Positions 1 to 8,712 of a stretch of DNA of 41,747 nucleotides are shown here, piece after piece; the stretch's first letter is position 1, and each line of letters starts with the position of its first letter. Location of the stretch: NCBI GenBank assembly GCA_044222475.1, contig JBGANF010000068.1, forward strand, positions 1 through 41,747, given 5' to 3'. The notes below the pieces were generated by a model. It saw only the letters and a program-made list of their open reading frames with translations. It searched no databases and was not told the DNA's origin. The stretch comes from Polyangiaceae bacterium. GTDB taxonomy: Bacteria > Myxococcota_A > Polyangia > Polyangiales > Polyangiaceae. The translations under genes and the position numbers were made by a program.

Positions 1-214
1 CTCACGCGAACTCCTTCGGAGCGCCGCTGTACTCGAACTGGTCCCAGAGCACCGTCTGCGTCTTGGCGACGGAGAGCGCCATGCGGTGCGCCTGTACGAC
101 GGTGTTCTCGGCCGGGGGCGCGAGGCACCCGCCGCAAGCGTCGGCGTCGCGGGCGAGCGTCGAGGTCAGAGCGATCGCCGTCGCGGCGGCGAGAATCGAA
201 GAGCGTCCAAGCAT
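1..214 (-). CDS. DUF2330-family secreted protein, N-terminal part (runs off the left edge)
   Basis: ATG at 214 with GGAGG RBS (221-227). Signal peptide followed by ACGGC...HRMALS...TVLWDQFEYSG..KEFA, the DUF2330 N-terminus. Paralogous to the adjacent gene. Confidence 0.8.
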
Positions 215-267
215 AAGAAGATCCTCCGCCGACGATCTTGCCCCATTCGTCGAGCGGCGCAAGGCCA

Positions 268-1635
268 TCAGGGACGCCGTCGTCTCGCGAGCGTGGCGGC
301 GACCGCGATCGCGGCCGCGAAGGGGACGTAGAGATCGTTCGTGTCGCCGGGCGCGGTGGAGCACCCGTCGCCGCGGTCCGTCGACGCCTGATAGAGCGCG
401 TCGTTCTTCACTTGCCACTTTGCGGCGCGCAGTGCGAGGTCGGCGCCGAGACTGGCGGTGGGGAGGTCGGCGCGCAAGCGGGTGATCCACATGTCTTGCG
501 CGTACATTCCGCGCGTGGCGACCGTCAGGTCGTCGAGCTCGCATGCAGTGGCACTCCCATCCGGTGCGGCCGCCTCGGGGATTGCGTCTGCGTCCGTCGA
601 TGCGTCCATCGTCGTCGCGTCGTCGCCCGCCTCGGCGAGCGGCGAGGCGTCGATGTCGGGGAAAGGGCTGCTCTGCGGCCCGCAGAAGGGGCTTGCCGCC
701 GCGTAGGCCGAAGCGAGCGTGGGAAGCGTCGTCCTGAGTCCGACGCGGAACGCGTTGCGCGCTTCGTTCATCGGGTACGCGAACTCGGTGAGCCATCCGT
801 TGGACGTCGAGAGGATCCGAGCGCTCTCCTCGGAGTAGTTCGAGCGACTCTGCGCCGCGTCCCAGACGAGCAACCGTTCGTCGATCGCGACGTTCGGGAA
901 ATTAGCGGTCTCGTAGCGCCCTTCGCCGATGACGTAGAGGAGGAGGCCGACCTTCGCTCCCGCACCGGCGGCCACCATCCGAAGTGGGAGCGTCGCGTTG
1001 GCGCCCGGCATCACGACGCGGACGGGCCGCATCGAGCCCACGCTCGCGCTCGGAAGCAGCCGCATCGCGATGAAGTCGAACCGCTCCTTCACGTAGCCGT
1101 CGATCACCGGCTGGATTGCGGTGGGAATCACGTACGCGTGGCTCGCCAGCCATGCGGTCAACGCTTGCGGATCGGTTGCGCTCAGCGTGACCACTTCGTA
1201 CGGGCCGACCACCTCTTGATGAACGATGACCACGCCGGGATCGTTCGGAGCCGATCCGCTCGAGAAGCTGGAGGCCGAGCTCGATCCGCAGCCAGCTCCG
1301 CCCCCGTTCGCCGGAGGGGGTGGCGGCGGCGCGACGACGATGGGCTGCGTCGCGACGTCGAGAGCAGCGAAGAACTCGTCGTGCGAGAGCTCCACCTTCG
1401 CGCCCGGTAGAACGGGCAGTACCCACGAGAAGTCTTTCGGGTTGCCCGCGTAGCGAATCTGATCCCAGAGGACGGTCTGCGTCTTCGAGATCGAGAGGGC
1501 CATGCGATGAGCGGTGACGACGGTGCTCTCGCTCTGGGGTGGAACGAAGCAGCCCCCGCACGCTCGGGCATCCGTAGTGGGAAGCAGCGCTGCGGAGAGC
1601 GTCGCTGCAAGAAAGGAAAGCGCACGTCGGAGCAT
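268..1635 (-). CDS. DUF2330 domain protein with C-terminal MYXO-CTERM-like sorting signal
   Basis: Start MLRRALSF (GAGG RBS). Motifs ACGGCFVP, HRMALSIS, LWDQIRYAGNPKDFSWVLPV, VGPYE, LPLRMVAAG. C-terminus GDGCSTAP + hydrophobic stretch + RRRR. Confidence 0.85.
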   Translation of the reverse strand: MLRRALSFLAATLSAALLPTTDARACGGCFVPPQSESTVVTAHRMALSISKTQTVLWDQIRYAGNPKDFSWVLPVLPGAKVELSHDEFFAALDVATQPIVVAPPPPPPANGGGAGCGSSSASSFSSGSAPNDPGVVIVHQEVVGPYEVVTLSATDPQALTAWLASHAYVIPTAIQPVIDGYVKERFDFIAMRLLPSASVGSMRPVRVVMPGANATLPLRMVAAGAGAKVGLLLYVIGEGRYETANFPNVAIDERLLVWDAAQSRSNYSEESARILSTSNGWLTEFAYPMNEARNAFRVGLRTTLPTLASAYAAASPFCGPQSSPFPDIDASPLAEAGDDATTMDASTDADAIPEAAAPDGSATACELDDLTVATRGMYAQDMWITRLRADLPTASLGADLALRAAKWQVKNDALYQASTDRGDGCSTAPGDTNDLYVPFAAAIAVAATLARRRRP

Positions 1636-1725
1636 GAGGACCTCGCCGAACGCCAATGGCCGCAAAAGTGACTTCCGGTGTAATTTTTCCCCTCCAGCGA
1701 AAGTCCTACCGAAATCGATTTTCTT

Positions 1726-1751
1726 GGAACCAAGGACCCAAGTCGCTGTCT
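1726..1751 (+). promoter_or_regulatory. Putative ECF sigma promoter (GGAACC-N16-GTCT) for the 1934 gene
   Basis: Matches the RpoE-like GGAAC-N17-GTC layout. The same layout recurs at 3470 and 26681. Confidence 0.5.
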
Positions 1752-1933
1752 TTCTCCGTGAGCGCGCTGCAGACCTCGAAAGCAGCGGCCGGCGAGACGG
1801 TGTCAGACCTGGGTGTTTCCAGCGTCCTACCGCGTCGCCGTGAAGAGGCCGCGCCGGCATTTCGCCGTACGGCGCCTCTCGCTCTCGGGGACGAACCTGC
1901 ACACCTACGTGTGTGCGTCGAAGGAGCATTGTC

Positions 1934-3355
1934 ATGAACCGCGTTGCCACCCAAGTCGCTTCCAGCACCACCACCGATCGCGGCCTCGAGCTGGACGTGA
2001 CTCTGTTCTGGAGCAAGGCCGGCGACCGCAACGCGCTCGCCCAGAAGAACCTCCCGGTCGGGACGAACGTCGTCATCGGCGAAGGCGCCGACTGTCACTT
2101 CACCGTTCCGAGCGAGCTCCTCGGTGCGACGTCGCACGTCCTCGTCAGCTCGGCTGGCGGCGAGATCACCGTGACGCCGCCCGCGAACGCGAGCGTGTTC
2201 TTCGATGCTCTCCCGCGCGTCGCGGCGCCGTTCGTCCTCGGGCTCGGCCACGCGGCCGACGTCACGATCGGCGACTTCACGATTCGCCTCGGCATCTCGG
2301 AGTCGGAAGACAAGGTCGCTCCGGCGGGCCTCCTCGACGGCAACTCCGCGAGCATCATCGCCGGTTCGGGTCTCGCGCACGCCGCGCTGTTCGCCGCGTT
2401 CGCGTTCTTCATGCCGTCGATGAGCGAAGCGAGCCTCGAGGACATGAACCGCGACCAGATGCTTCAGATGAAGCAGTACATGACCAACATCGCCGAGCGC
2501 GAGCAGGAGCAGACGGAGCAGCCGGCCGACACGCAGGGCGCGGCGGATTCGTCGAGCCCGGGCGAGAAGGCGAAGGACGCGGAGGGCGCGATGGGTGGCA
2601 GCACCCCGACGACGCAGACCGGCAAGTGGTCGGCGAAGGGCGACTCGACGCCGCAAGACGCGAAGCTCGCGCGTGACCGCGCGCTCTCGGAAGCGGCCGA
2701 CTTCGGCATGCTGGGCCTCCTCAACTCGGCGCAGTTCAGCGACCCGAAGGCGCCGGTCGTCCCCTGGGGCACGGTCCTCGCGGGCGCCGACAAGGAGAGC
2801 CACATGGGCAACCTCTGGGGCGGCGACATCGGCGACGCGTTCGGCACCGGGCTCGGCCTGAGCGGCAACGAGCAGGGCGGCGGCGGCAAGGGCGAAGGCA
2901 TCGGCATCAGCGACGTCGGCGGCCTCGGTCACATGCTCGGCAACTGCACCGGCGAGCACTGCCCGCCCGGCGGCGGGATCGGCCACGGCGGCAAGCCCGG
3001 TGGCGGTCACGTTCCCCACGGCCCGTCGATGCGCCCGCCGCCGGACATCTCGACGAACGGTCACCTCCCGCCGGAGGTCATCCAGCGCATCGTGCGCCAG
3101 AACTCGGGCCGCATGCTGAACTGCTACACGGAAGGCCTGAAGTCGAACCCGAGCCTCGAAGGCCGCGTCGCGGTGCAGTTCGTGATCGGTCGCGACGGCA
3201 GCGTCACCATGTCGCAGGATACGAGCGGCAGCGACCTCGCGGATCCCGCGGTCCGCGCCTGCGTGGTGAAGCAGTTCTACAACATCAGCTTCCCAGAGCC
3301 GAAGGACGGCACCGTCCGCGTCATCTACCCGATGACGTTCTCGCCGGCCGGCTGA
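1934..3355 (+). CDS. AgmX/PglI (GltG-like) C-terminal domain protein: FHA-like N-terminus, TM helix, Gly-rich linker, TonB_C-like domain
   Basis: AAGGAG RBS at 1921 and ATG at 1934. TM with SGLAHAA (TonB-like His). C-terminal GHLPPEVIQRIVRQN...CY...NPSLEGRVAVQFVIGRDG...ACVVKQF..ISFPEP..G.V.V.YP. Confidence 0.8.
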   Translation: MNRVATQVASSTTTDRGLELDVTLFWSKAGDRNALAQKNLPVGTNVVIGEGADCHFTVPSELLGATSHVLVSSAGGEITVTPPANASVFFDALPRVAAPFVLGLGHAADVTIGDFTIRLGISESEDKVAPAGLLDGNSASIIAGSGLAHAALFAAFAFFMPSMSEASLEDMNRDQMLQMKQYMTNIAEREQEQTEQPADTQGAADSSSPGEKAKDAEGAMGGSTPTTQTGKWSAKGDSTPQDAKLARDRALSEAADFGMLGLLNSAQFSDPKAPVVPWGTVLAGADKESHMGNLWGGDIGDAFGTGLGLSGNEQGGGGKGEGIGISDVGGLGHMLGNCTGEHCPPGGGIGHGGKPGGGHVPHGPSMRPPPDISTNGHLPPEVIQRIVRQNSGRMLNCYTEGLKSNPSLEGRVAVQFVIGRDGSVTMSQDTSGSDLADPAVRACVVKQFYNISFPEPKDGTVRVIYPMTFSPAG

Positions 3356-3391
3356 GCCGTCCCCGAGAAACGTTAGCCGGATAGCGATTCC

Positions 3392-3433
3392 CCGAAGCCC
3401 CGTGGCCCCCGCCGCGGGGCTTCGGCGTTTCGT
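3392..3433 (+). terminator. Rho-independent terminator-like hairpin
   Basis: CCGAAGCCCCGTGG / CCGCGGGGCTTCGG stem followed by CGTTTCGT, ~35 nt after the stop at 3355. Confidence 0.65.
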
Positions 3434-3469
3434 CGAGCCGAGACGGAAGGTTGCCGTTCCAGTGTAACT

Positions 3470-3495
3470 GGAACTTCTGGCGGGGGCCGTTGTCA
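3470..3495 (+). promoter_or_regulatory. Putative ECF sigma promoter (GGAACT-N16-GTCA) for the 3504 gene
   Basis: Close to the RpoE consensus GGAACTT...GTC. Lies 8 nt before the ATG, with no Shine-Dalgarno sequence. Confidence 0.55.
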
Positions 3496-3503
3496 GCCCT
3501 CCC

Positions 3504-4706
3504 ATGGATGAGGTCCTCGAGGCGACGCTGATCTGGGGCTCGGCGCGGGTGAAGTACGTCACCGTACCATTTTGGGACAGGGTTCGAGTGGGCGACCTGT
3601 TCGACGTCCCCGACGAGCTGGGCGACCGCGAGATCGACTTCGGTCCACGACCGTTCGTCGGCGAGAAGAAGATGGTCACCTGGGGAAGCCTCACCGTGAT
3701 CGTCGAGGTCGCCGTCGCCGAAGCACCGCCGCCGCGCGAGCGGTCGGACGGCGCGATGTTCGTGGCGATGAGCGCGGCGCTGGCGATGCACGCCGGCGTG
3801 TTCTTCGCCGGTCGTGCGTTGGAGGTTCCGGACGACGGGATCACCGCCGATCGCATCGTGGAGATGCGCGGCTACTTCCCCGAAGAGTCCGAGCCGGACT
3901 CCACTACTGCCGCTCCGAAGCCGCCCCGTGAAGAGACCTCGTTCGCGACCGAGGGACGCCTGTCGCTCGGCGCCGCCGGCCCACGGACGGCGGTTCGCGC
4001 GTGGGGCGGGGGGCGCGTTCCGAGCTCCGGCGGCGGCACCGAGCACGCGTCCCTTCGAGACGAGGCAGCCTCGTTCGGCATGATCGGTCTTCTGGCGGGC
4101 GAAGCCACCGGGGCGTCGAGCTTCGGGGGGCCACCGGTCGCCGGCCATGGGCTCACGTGGGCCGAAGGTGGAGGGCTCGCGCTGAGCGGCGTCGGTGAAG
4201 GGGGCGGCGGTCGGGGCCGTGGCGTCGACGTCGATCCCAATTTGGGATTGGGTCGCTCGGGGTTCGGCGCCGGCGGCACGTGCGACGACACGTGCGTGGG
4301 GAGCGGCTTCGGAATCTCCTCGGGTCGTGGCCACGGCGGCGGCCGCATCGGCGCGGCCCACCAGACGCGGGTCGTGTCGACGTGCGACGACGCCTGCGCG
4401 GCGGGAACGAACGGTCGCCTGCCTCCGGAGGCCATCCAGCGCGTCGTCCGCGCGAACGAAGGCCGATTCCGGATGTGCTACGAAAACGCGCTCGTTCGGA
4501 ACCCGTCACTCGGCGGCCGCGTCGTCGTGAAGTTTCTCATCGGGCGCGACGGGAACGTCGCCGCCGCGCGCGAGGGCGAGGACTCCAGCTTCTCCGACGC
4601 CGATGCGCGCGCCTGCATCGTCCGCGCGTTCGCGGGCCTCACGTTCCCCGAGCCCACTGGAGGCACGGTCAACGTCGTCTATCCGCTGCTCCTCTCGTCC
4701 GACTAG
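3504..4706 (+). CDS. Second AgmX/PglI C-terminal (TonB_C-like) domain protein, paralog of the upstream gene
   Basis: TM with SAALAMH. EAASFGMIGLL matches EAADFGMLGLL upstream. C-terminal GRLPPEAIQRVVRAN...CYENAL.RNPSLGGRVVVKFLIGRDG...FPEP.GG.V.VVYP. Confidence 0.8.
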   Translation: MDEVLEATLIWGSARVKYVTVPFWDRVRVGDLFDVPDELGDREIDFGPRPFVGEKKMVTWGSLTVIVEVAVAEAPPPRERSDGAMFVAMSAALAMHAGVFFAGRALEVPDDGITADRIVEMRGYFPEESEPDSTTAAPKPPREETSFATEGRLSLGAAGPRTAVRAWGGGRVPSSGGGTEHASLRDEAASFGMIGLLAGEATGASSFGGPPVAGHGLTWAEGGGLALSGVGEGGGGRGRGVDVDPNLGLGRSGFGAGGTCDDTCVGSGFGISSGRGHGGGRIGAAHQTRVVSTCDDACAAGTNGRLPPEAIQRVVRANEGRFRMCYENALVRNPSLGGRVVVKFLIGRDGNVAAAREGEDSSFSDADARACIVRAFAGLTFPEPTGGTVNVVYPLLLSSD

Positions 4707-4742
4707 GGAGACAGTCTCCGCGCTCGGCGTATCATGGGAGAC

Positions 4743-5387
4743 GTGGGGTACCGGTCGCTCTCCGTGCGCACGATGCTCGCGACGATCGCGATCGCGCTCG
4801 CCGTCCTCACCGCGTTTGCGAGCGACGTCGTCGGTCTCGCCACCGCGGGCGACGAGTCCGACGGCGTGGTGTTGATGAGCGCCGGGCTCGGCCTGTGCCA
4901 GTTCGGCGCAGCGGTCCTGGGGGCGATCTTCGTCTGCGTGTGGATGCACTGCGCAGCGTCGAACCTCCGCGTGTTCGGCCATCGCGGTCTTCAGTTCACT
5001 CCGGCCGGCGCGGCCGGGTGGTGGTTCGTTCCCTTCGCGAACCTGGTGAAGCCGTACCAAGCGATGCGGGAGATCGTCGGTCGGAGCGAGCCGTCGAGCC
5101 TGAGCGACGGCTACTGGTCGACGTCGTCGAGCGGAACCTTGTCGATCTGGTGGGGCGCGTGGATCGCGAGCAACGTGATCGCCAACGTGTCGATGCGGAT
5201 CGACGATCCCGGGACGTCGGCGGGCGTGAGCTTGGTGTCGTCGATGTGTTGGGCAGTCGCTGGAGTGCTGCTCGTGACGACGATGCGGCACGTCGAGGCG
5301 TCTCAAGACGAGTGCGACCGCCGGCTCCGAGCCGCGCTCCCACCGGTCGCGCCCTACCGAAGTCCTTGGTCCCAAGACCTACGGTGA
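4743..5387 (+). CDS. DUF4328-family membrane protein
   Basis: About 4 TM segments and the FTPAGAAGWWFVPFANLVKPY motif. Start is GTG 4743 (7 nt after TATCAT) or ATG 4734. Confidence 0.7.
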   Translation: MGYRSLSVRTMLATIAIALAVLTAFASDVVGLATAGDESDGVVLMSAGLGLCQFGAAVLGAIFVCVWMHCAASNLRVFGHRGLQFTPAGAAGWWFVPFANLVKPYQAMREIVGRSEPSSLSDGYWSTSSSGTLSIWWGAWIASNVIANVSMRIDDPGTSAGVSLVSSMCWAVAGVLLVTTMRHVEASQDECDRRLRAALPPVAPYRSPWSQDLR

Positions 5388-5405
5388 CGTTGCTATGCTG
5401 GGGGG

Positions 5406-6449
5406 ATGCGCCGCGCCGTCCTTCTGCTTGCGGTGGCCTGCGCGTCCCAGCCGGTCGACGGCCCTCCCGAGCCGACCCGTCCCGCCGCGCCACGCGCTCC
5501 GACGGTGACGCTCGTCGGACCGATCGTGAACCCGAACGGGAAGCAGTTCATCCGTGACGGCGCGAGCTCCGGCGCTCTCGGTGGAAAGATCGTCTACACG
5601 TTCGGCGACACGCTCTTCCTGACGAAGTCCGTCGACGGAAAGAGCTCGCGCAGCAACACCGCGGCGATCGCGGAGCTCGCGACCCCGACGGTGCTCACGG
5701 AGCCACTCGACGCGAACGGTCTGCCGTCGCAGCTGATCCCGTTCACGAAGACCGAGCAGGACTACAACGACGCGACGGGGAAGGGCGACGACCGCTGGGT
5801 GATCTGGCCCGGCCGGGTGATCGCGAAGCCCGGCGGCGCGAGCGCGATCGTGTTCTTCAACCTGTTCCGCATTCATCCGGACAAGTGGGAAGCGGTGGGA
5901 ACGGGCGTCGCCGATCTCCAGCCCGGACAAACCGTGGCGCAACGGCGACCCGATCTGCTGTTCACCGCGCCCGAGGTCGACTTCACGCACGCGACGTTCG
6001 AGAAGGACGGTGTCGTCTACCTGTATGGATGCCAGCTCGGGCTGTGCCGACTGGCGAAGGCCCCGCTCGCCGACATGGCGACGCGCGCGGCGTACACGTT
6101 TTGGACCGGCGACGGCTGGTCGGCGAGCTACGCCGACGCCGCGTCGTCGGTCCCTGGATCGGCTGCCGGGTTCTCCGTCGGCTGGGACGCGTACCTGGGG
6201 CAGTACGTGAGCTTCGCGTCGTCCGGGATCGGCAGCGAGTTCGTGATGCGCGTCGCGAACCAGCCGTGGGGACCGTGGAGCGATCCGACGAAGGTCTACT
6301 CGTTCGCGACGGGCAACGTGTACGCCGCCGGTCACCACCCGGCACTCGACGCCGACGCAGGGCGGACGATCTTCGTGTCCGCGTATCACGACCTAGGAAA
6401 CTTCAAGGGCGAGATCGATCTGTTCCGCCTCGAGCTCGCGAAGCCGTGA
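5406..6449 (+). CDS. DUF4185-family (GH183-like) lipoprotein
   Basis: Lipobox LAVAC. Motifs RDG, YTFGDT, RSNT, YTFWTGDGW, PWGPWS and YAAGHHP are typical of DUF4185 beta-propellers. Confidence 0.65.
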   Translation: MRRAVLLLAVACASQPVDGPPEPTRPAAPRAPTVTLVGPIVNPNGKQFIRDGASSGALGGKIVYTFGDTLFLTKSVDGKSSRSNTAAIAELATPTVLTEPLDANGLPSQLIPFTKTEQDYNDATGKGDDRWVIWPGRVIAKPGGASAIVFFNLFRIHPDKWEAVGTGVADLQPGQTVAQRRPDLLFTAPEVDFTHATFEKDGVVYLYGCQLGLCRLAKAPLADMATRAAYTFWTGDGWSASYADAASSVPGSAAGFSVGWDAYLGQYVSFASSGIGSEFVMRVANQPWGPWSDPTKVYSFATGNVYAAGHHPALDADAGRTIFVSAYHDLGNFKGEIDLFRLELAKP

Positions 6450-6497
6450 GTCAGGTCGCGTGCAGGTTCGCACGCGACACATACGCCCTACGGGCTC

Positions 6498-8651
6498 CTA
6501 GTTCGCGTAGAACCAGTAGTGGAAGCTCGTGAAGGATCCGGCTCGCGTCGTGACCTCGATCCGCGTGTCGCTCTTGGCCTGCGCCGGCGGGATCGGGAAG
6601 GTGAGCTCTTCCCAGCCGAACGCTTGTACCAAAATGGTACCGACGAGCGCGCCGTTGGCGCGGATGTCGACCTCGCCGGGGACCGCCCCTTCGAGGCGCA
6701 CGATGCCGGTCGTTGCCTTCTCCAGGTGGACGGTGAAGGCCTCCCGCGTCCGACGCGAGCGACCGCCGTCGAGCACGTGCTTTCCGTCGAGGCTCGGCTC
6801 GTCGTGCATGACCTCTTCGTTGTCACGCGCGCCGGCGAGGTCGTAGCGATGGTCGGCTTCGCTGTCGAGATCGGCGACGTCGACCTCGTCGACGAGCGCA
6901 CCGGTGACCTCCGACGACCAGGGCTTCGCCCCGCTGCCCAACCACCGGTAGTCGGCCTCGTATGCGCGCATGCTCTGCCCGCCGAGGATGGTCGAGTCGG
7001 TCACCGTCGCGTCGAACAGCTGCGCGCCGAGCACGGCGGTCGTGCCCATCCACTCGGGGTAGATGATGAAGTGCGTCGGGAGGAGCTCCGGCGTCTTCTC
7101 GTGGAGGCGCTCGTAGTGCTCGATCCGCGACGCGGCTCCGGCGACCCAGTACTTGCCTTCGTTCTTGGACGTCAGGCCCACGATGTCGAAGGTCTTCCGG
7201 TCGCTGAAGTACGCGATGGCTCCCGTGTCGTTGACGCCGATGCGCGCGTCGGCCGGCAGATGGTCCTTGGCCCATCGCCCGATCTTCACGTGCTGCTCGT
7301 GGATCCCGCGCGCGGAGTTCGCGAGATCGTCGATGGTCCAATCGAGGCGCACGAGCAGCGCTCCCGCGAACGACGCGGCGAGGAGCGGCGCGATCACGCG
7401 CGTCCGGTGGTTGATCCACAGGCCGATCTCACCGACCGTGCGCGCGAGGCACGCGAGGCCGATCAGCCAGCCGGTCGCGAACGGCCACAAGTAGCGCAGC
7501 CGGTTCCACAGGAACGTGACGTAGAAGCACGGCGCGAACATGAGCAGCGCGACGAGCAGCACTCCGGCCGCGCGCCACCCGCGCTTGGTCATCGCTCCGC
7601 GGAGTGGAATCGCGACCAGACCCATCAGCGCGAGCGGTGCGGCGCCGGTCGGGAGGAACTCGGCCGACCACACCTCGCCGTTGAGGATCGTGCGCACGAG
7701 GATGCGGAAGTTCTCCTTCACGGCGTCGGTGAGCACCGACCCCACGTAGTAGGGGTTCCCCGGCAGGAGCTTCACGAGCGCGGTGTTCGACTGGGTCGTT
7801 CCGGTCGTCAGCCTCAAGAGGAGCGGCGACACCAGGAGCGCGCCCGCCGCGAGGGCGCCCCAAAGTCGGGTCTTCGGATCCTTCGGGGACTCCGGGTGAA
7901 CGATGAACGTCGCGGCGACGAAGAGCGCGATCACCGCGCCTTCGGGGCGCAACAGCGTCGTCACGAACGCCATCACGAGGAGCTGGATGCGGAGCTGCTT
8001 CGTTCGAAGCACCGGCGATTCGACCCAGTCGCCCGCGAGCCGAACGCAACGCGCCATCGACCACGCGAACGGGATCACCTCCATCCCACTCGACGCGCAC
8101 CAGGCGAAGCCCGAGAACGTGAGCACCATCGCGCCGGCTGCGATCGCGGTCGCCCGTCCGGTCAGCGGGATCGCGATCTTGTACGTGTCGTACGCGAGCA
8201 GGCCCAGCGCGGTGAACGACAGCGCCCACGCCGGCCACATGATGGACACGCCCTTGAAGCCGACCAAGTAGAACGGCGCGAGGAGCGCCGGCCAGAGTAC
8301 GCTCGTGGCGCCGCTCGTGAACGGCTCGCCGGCTTGGTAGCGCAGCGGGTGGCCCTCGGCGATCGCGCGCGCGTACTGGAAATGGATGAACGAATCGTCG
8401 AGCGTCCCGCACGGCTCGCCGACCTGGGTGAGCAACGTGCGGATGCAGCGCCACGCGAGGATCGCGGTCGCGACGCCGATCACGATCGGGACGATGCGGT
8501 GGGCGGGCAGGAGCGTCTTGGGCTTGTCCTTCTTCGCCTTCTTCTTGGCCGCGGGCTCCGCGGGCTCCGCGGGCTCCGCGCGCTTCGCGGGCTTTGCGCG
8601 CTTCTCGGCCTTCGCTTCCGGCGCGCTCTCTTCCGTCTTCTCCTCGGCCAC
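6498..8651 (-). CDS. Multi-pass membrane protein, GT-C fold glycosyltransferase-like
   Basis: About 11 TM helices. LDDSFIHFQYARAIAEG...TSGATS after TM1 (GT-C acidic DD motif), plus SGME, RPEG, RY.WP, GAIAYFS..DIVGL. Likely GTG start at 8651 downstream of TTGACC-N17-GACCGT. Confidence 0.6.
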   Translation of the reverse strand: MAEEKTEESAPEAKAEKRAKPAKRAEPAEPAEPAAKKKAKKDKPKTLLPAHRIVPIVIGVATAILAWRCIRTLLTQVGEPCGTLDDSFIHFQYARAIAEGHPLRYQAGEPFTSGATSVLWPALLAPFYLVGFKGVSIMWPAWALSFTALGLLAYDTYKIAIPLTGRATAIAAGAMVLTFSGFAWCASSGMEVIPFAWSMARCVRLAGDWVESPVLRTKQLRIQLLVMAFVTTLLRPEGAVIALFVAATFIVHPESPKDPKTRLWGALAAGALLVSPLLLRLTTGTTQSNTALVKLLPGNPYYVGSVLTDAVKENFRILVRTILNGEVWSAEFLPTGAAPLALMGLVAIPLRGAMTKRGWRAAGVLLVALLMFAPCFYVTFLWNRLRYLWPFATGWLIGLACLARTVGEIGLWINHRTRVIAPLLAASFAGALLVRLDWTIDDLANSARGIHEQHVKIGRWAKDHLPADARIGVNDTGAIAYFSDRKTFDIVGLTSKNEGKYWVAGAASRIEHYERLHEKTPELLPTHFIIYPEWMGTTAVLGAQLFDATVTDSTILGGQSMRAYEADYRWLGSGAKPWSSEVTGALVDEVDVADLDSEADHRYDLAGARDNEEVMHDEPSLDGKHVLDGGRSRRTREAFTVHLEKATTGIVRLEGAVPGEVDIRANGALVGTILVQAFGWEELTFPIPPAQAKSDTRIEVTTRAGSFTSFHYWFYAN
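8551..8580. repeat. 9-bp tandem repeat x3 (GCGGGCTCC) encoding AEP-AEP-AEP in a disordered N-terminus
   Basis: Read directly from the sequence. Confidence 0.8.
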
Positions 8652-8712
8652 GGCGAGGGGGACGGTCGACCGGGTTCGGCTTCCGGTCAAGCGGAGAGTG
8701 CTTCACCCCGTT

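Noticed and set aside
1760..1830. Cyclic-dinucleotide (GEMM) riboswitch suggested by a GAAA-containing stem
   Set aside because: Lacks the GGCAAA...GACGCAAAGC core of GEMM-I. Kept only as an unassigned leader.
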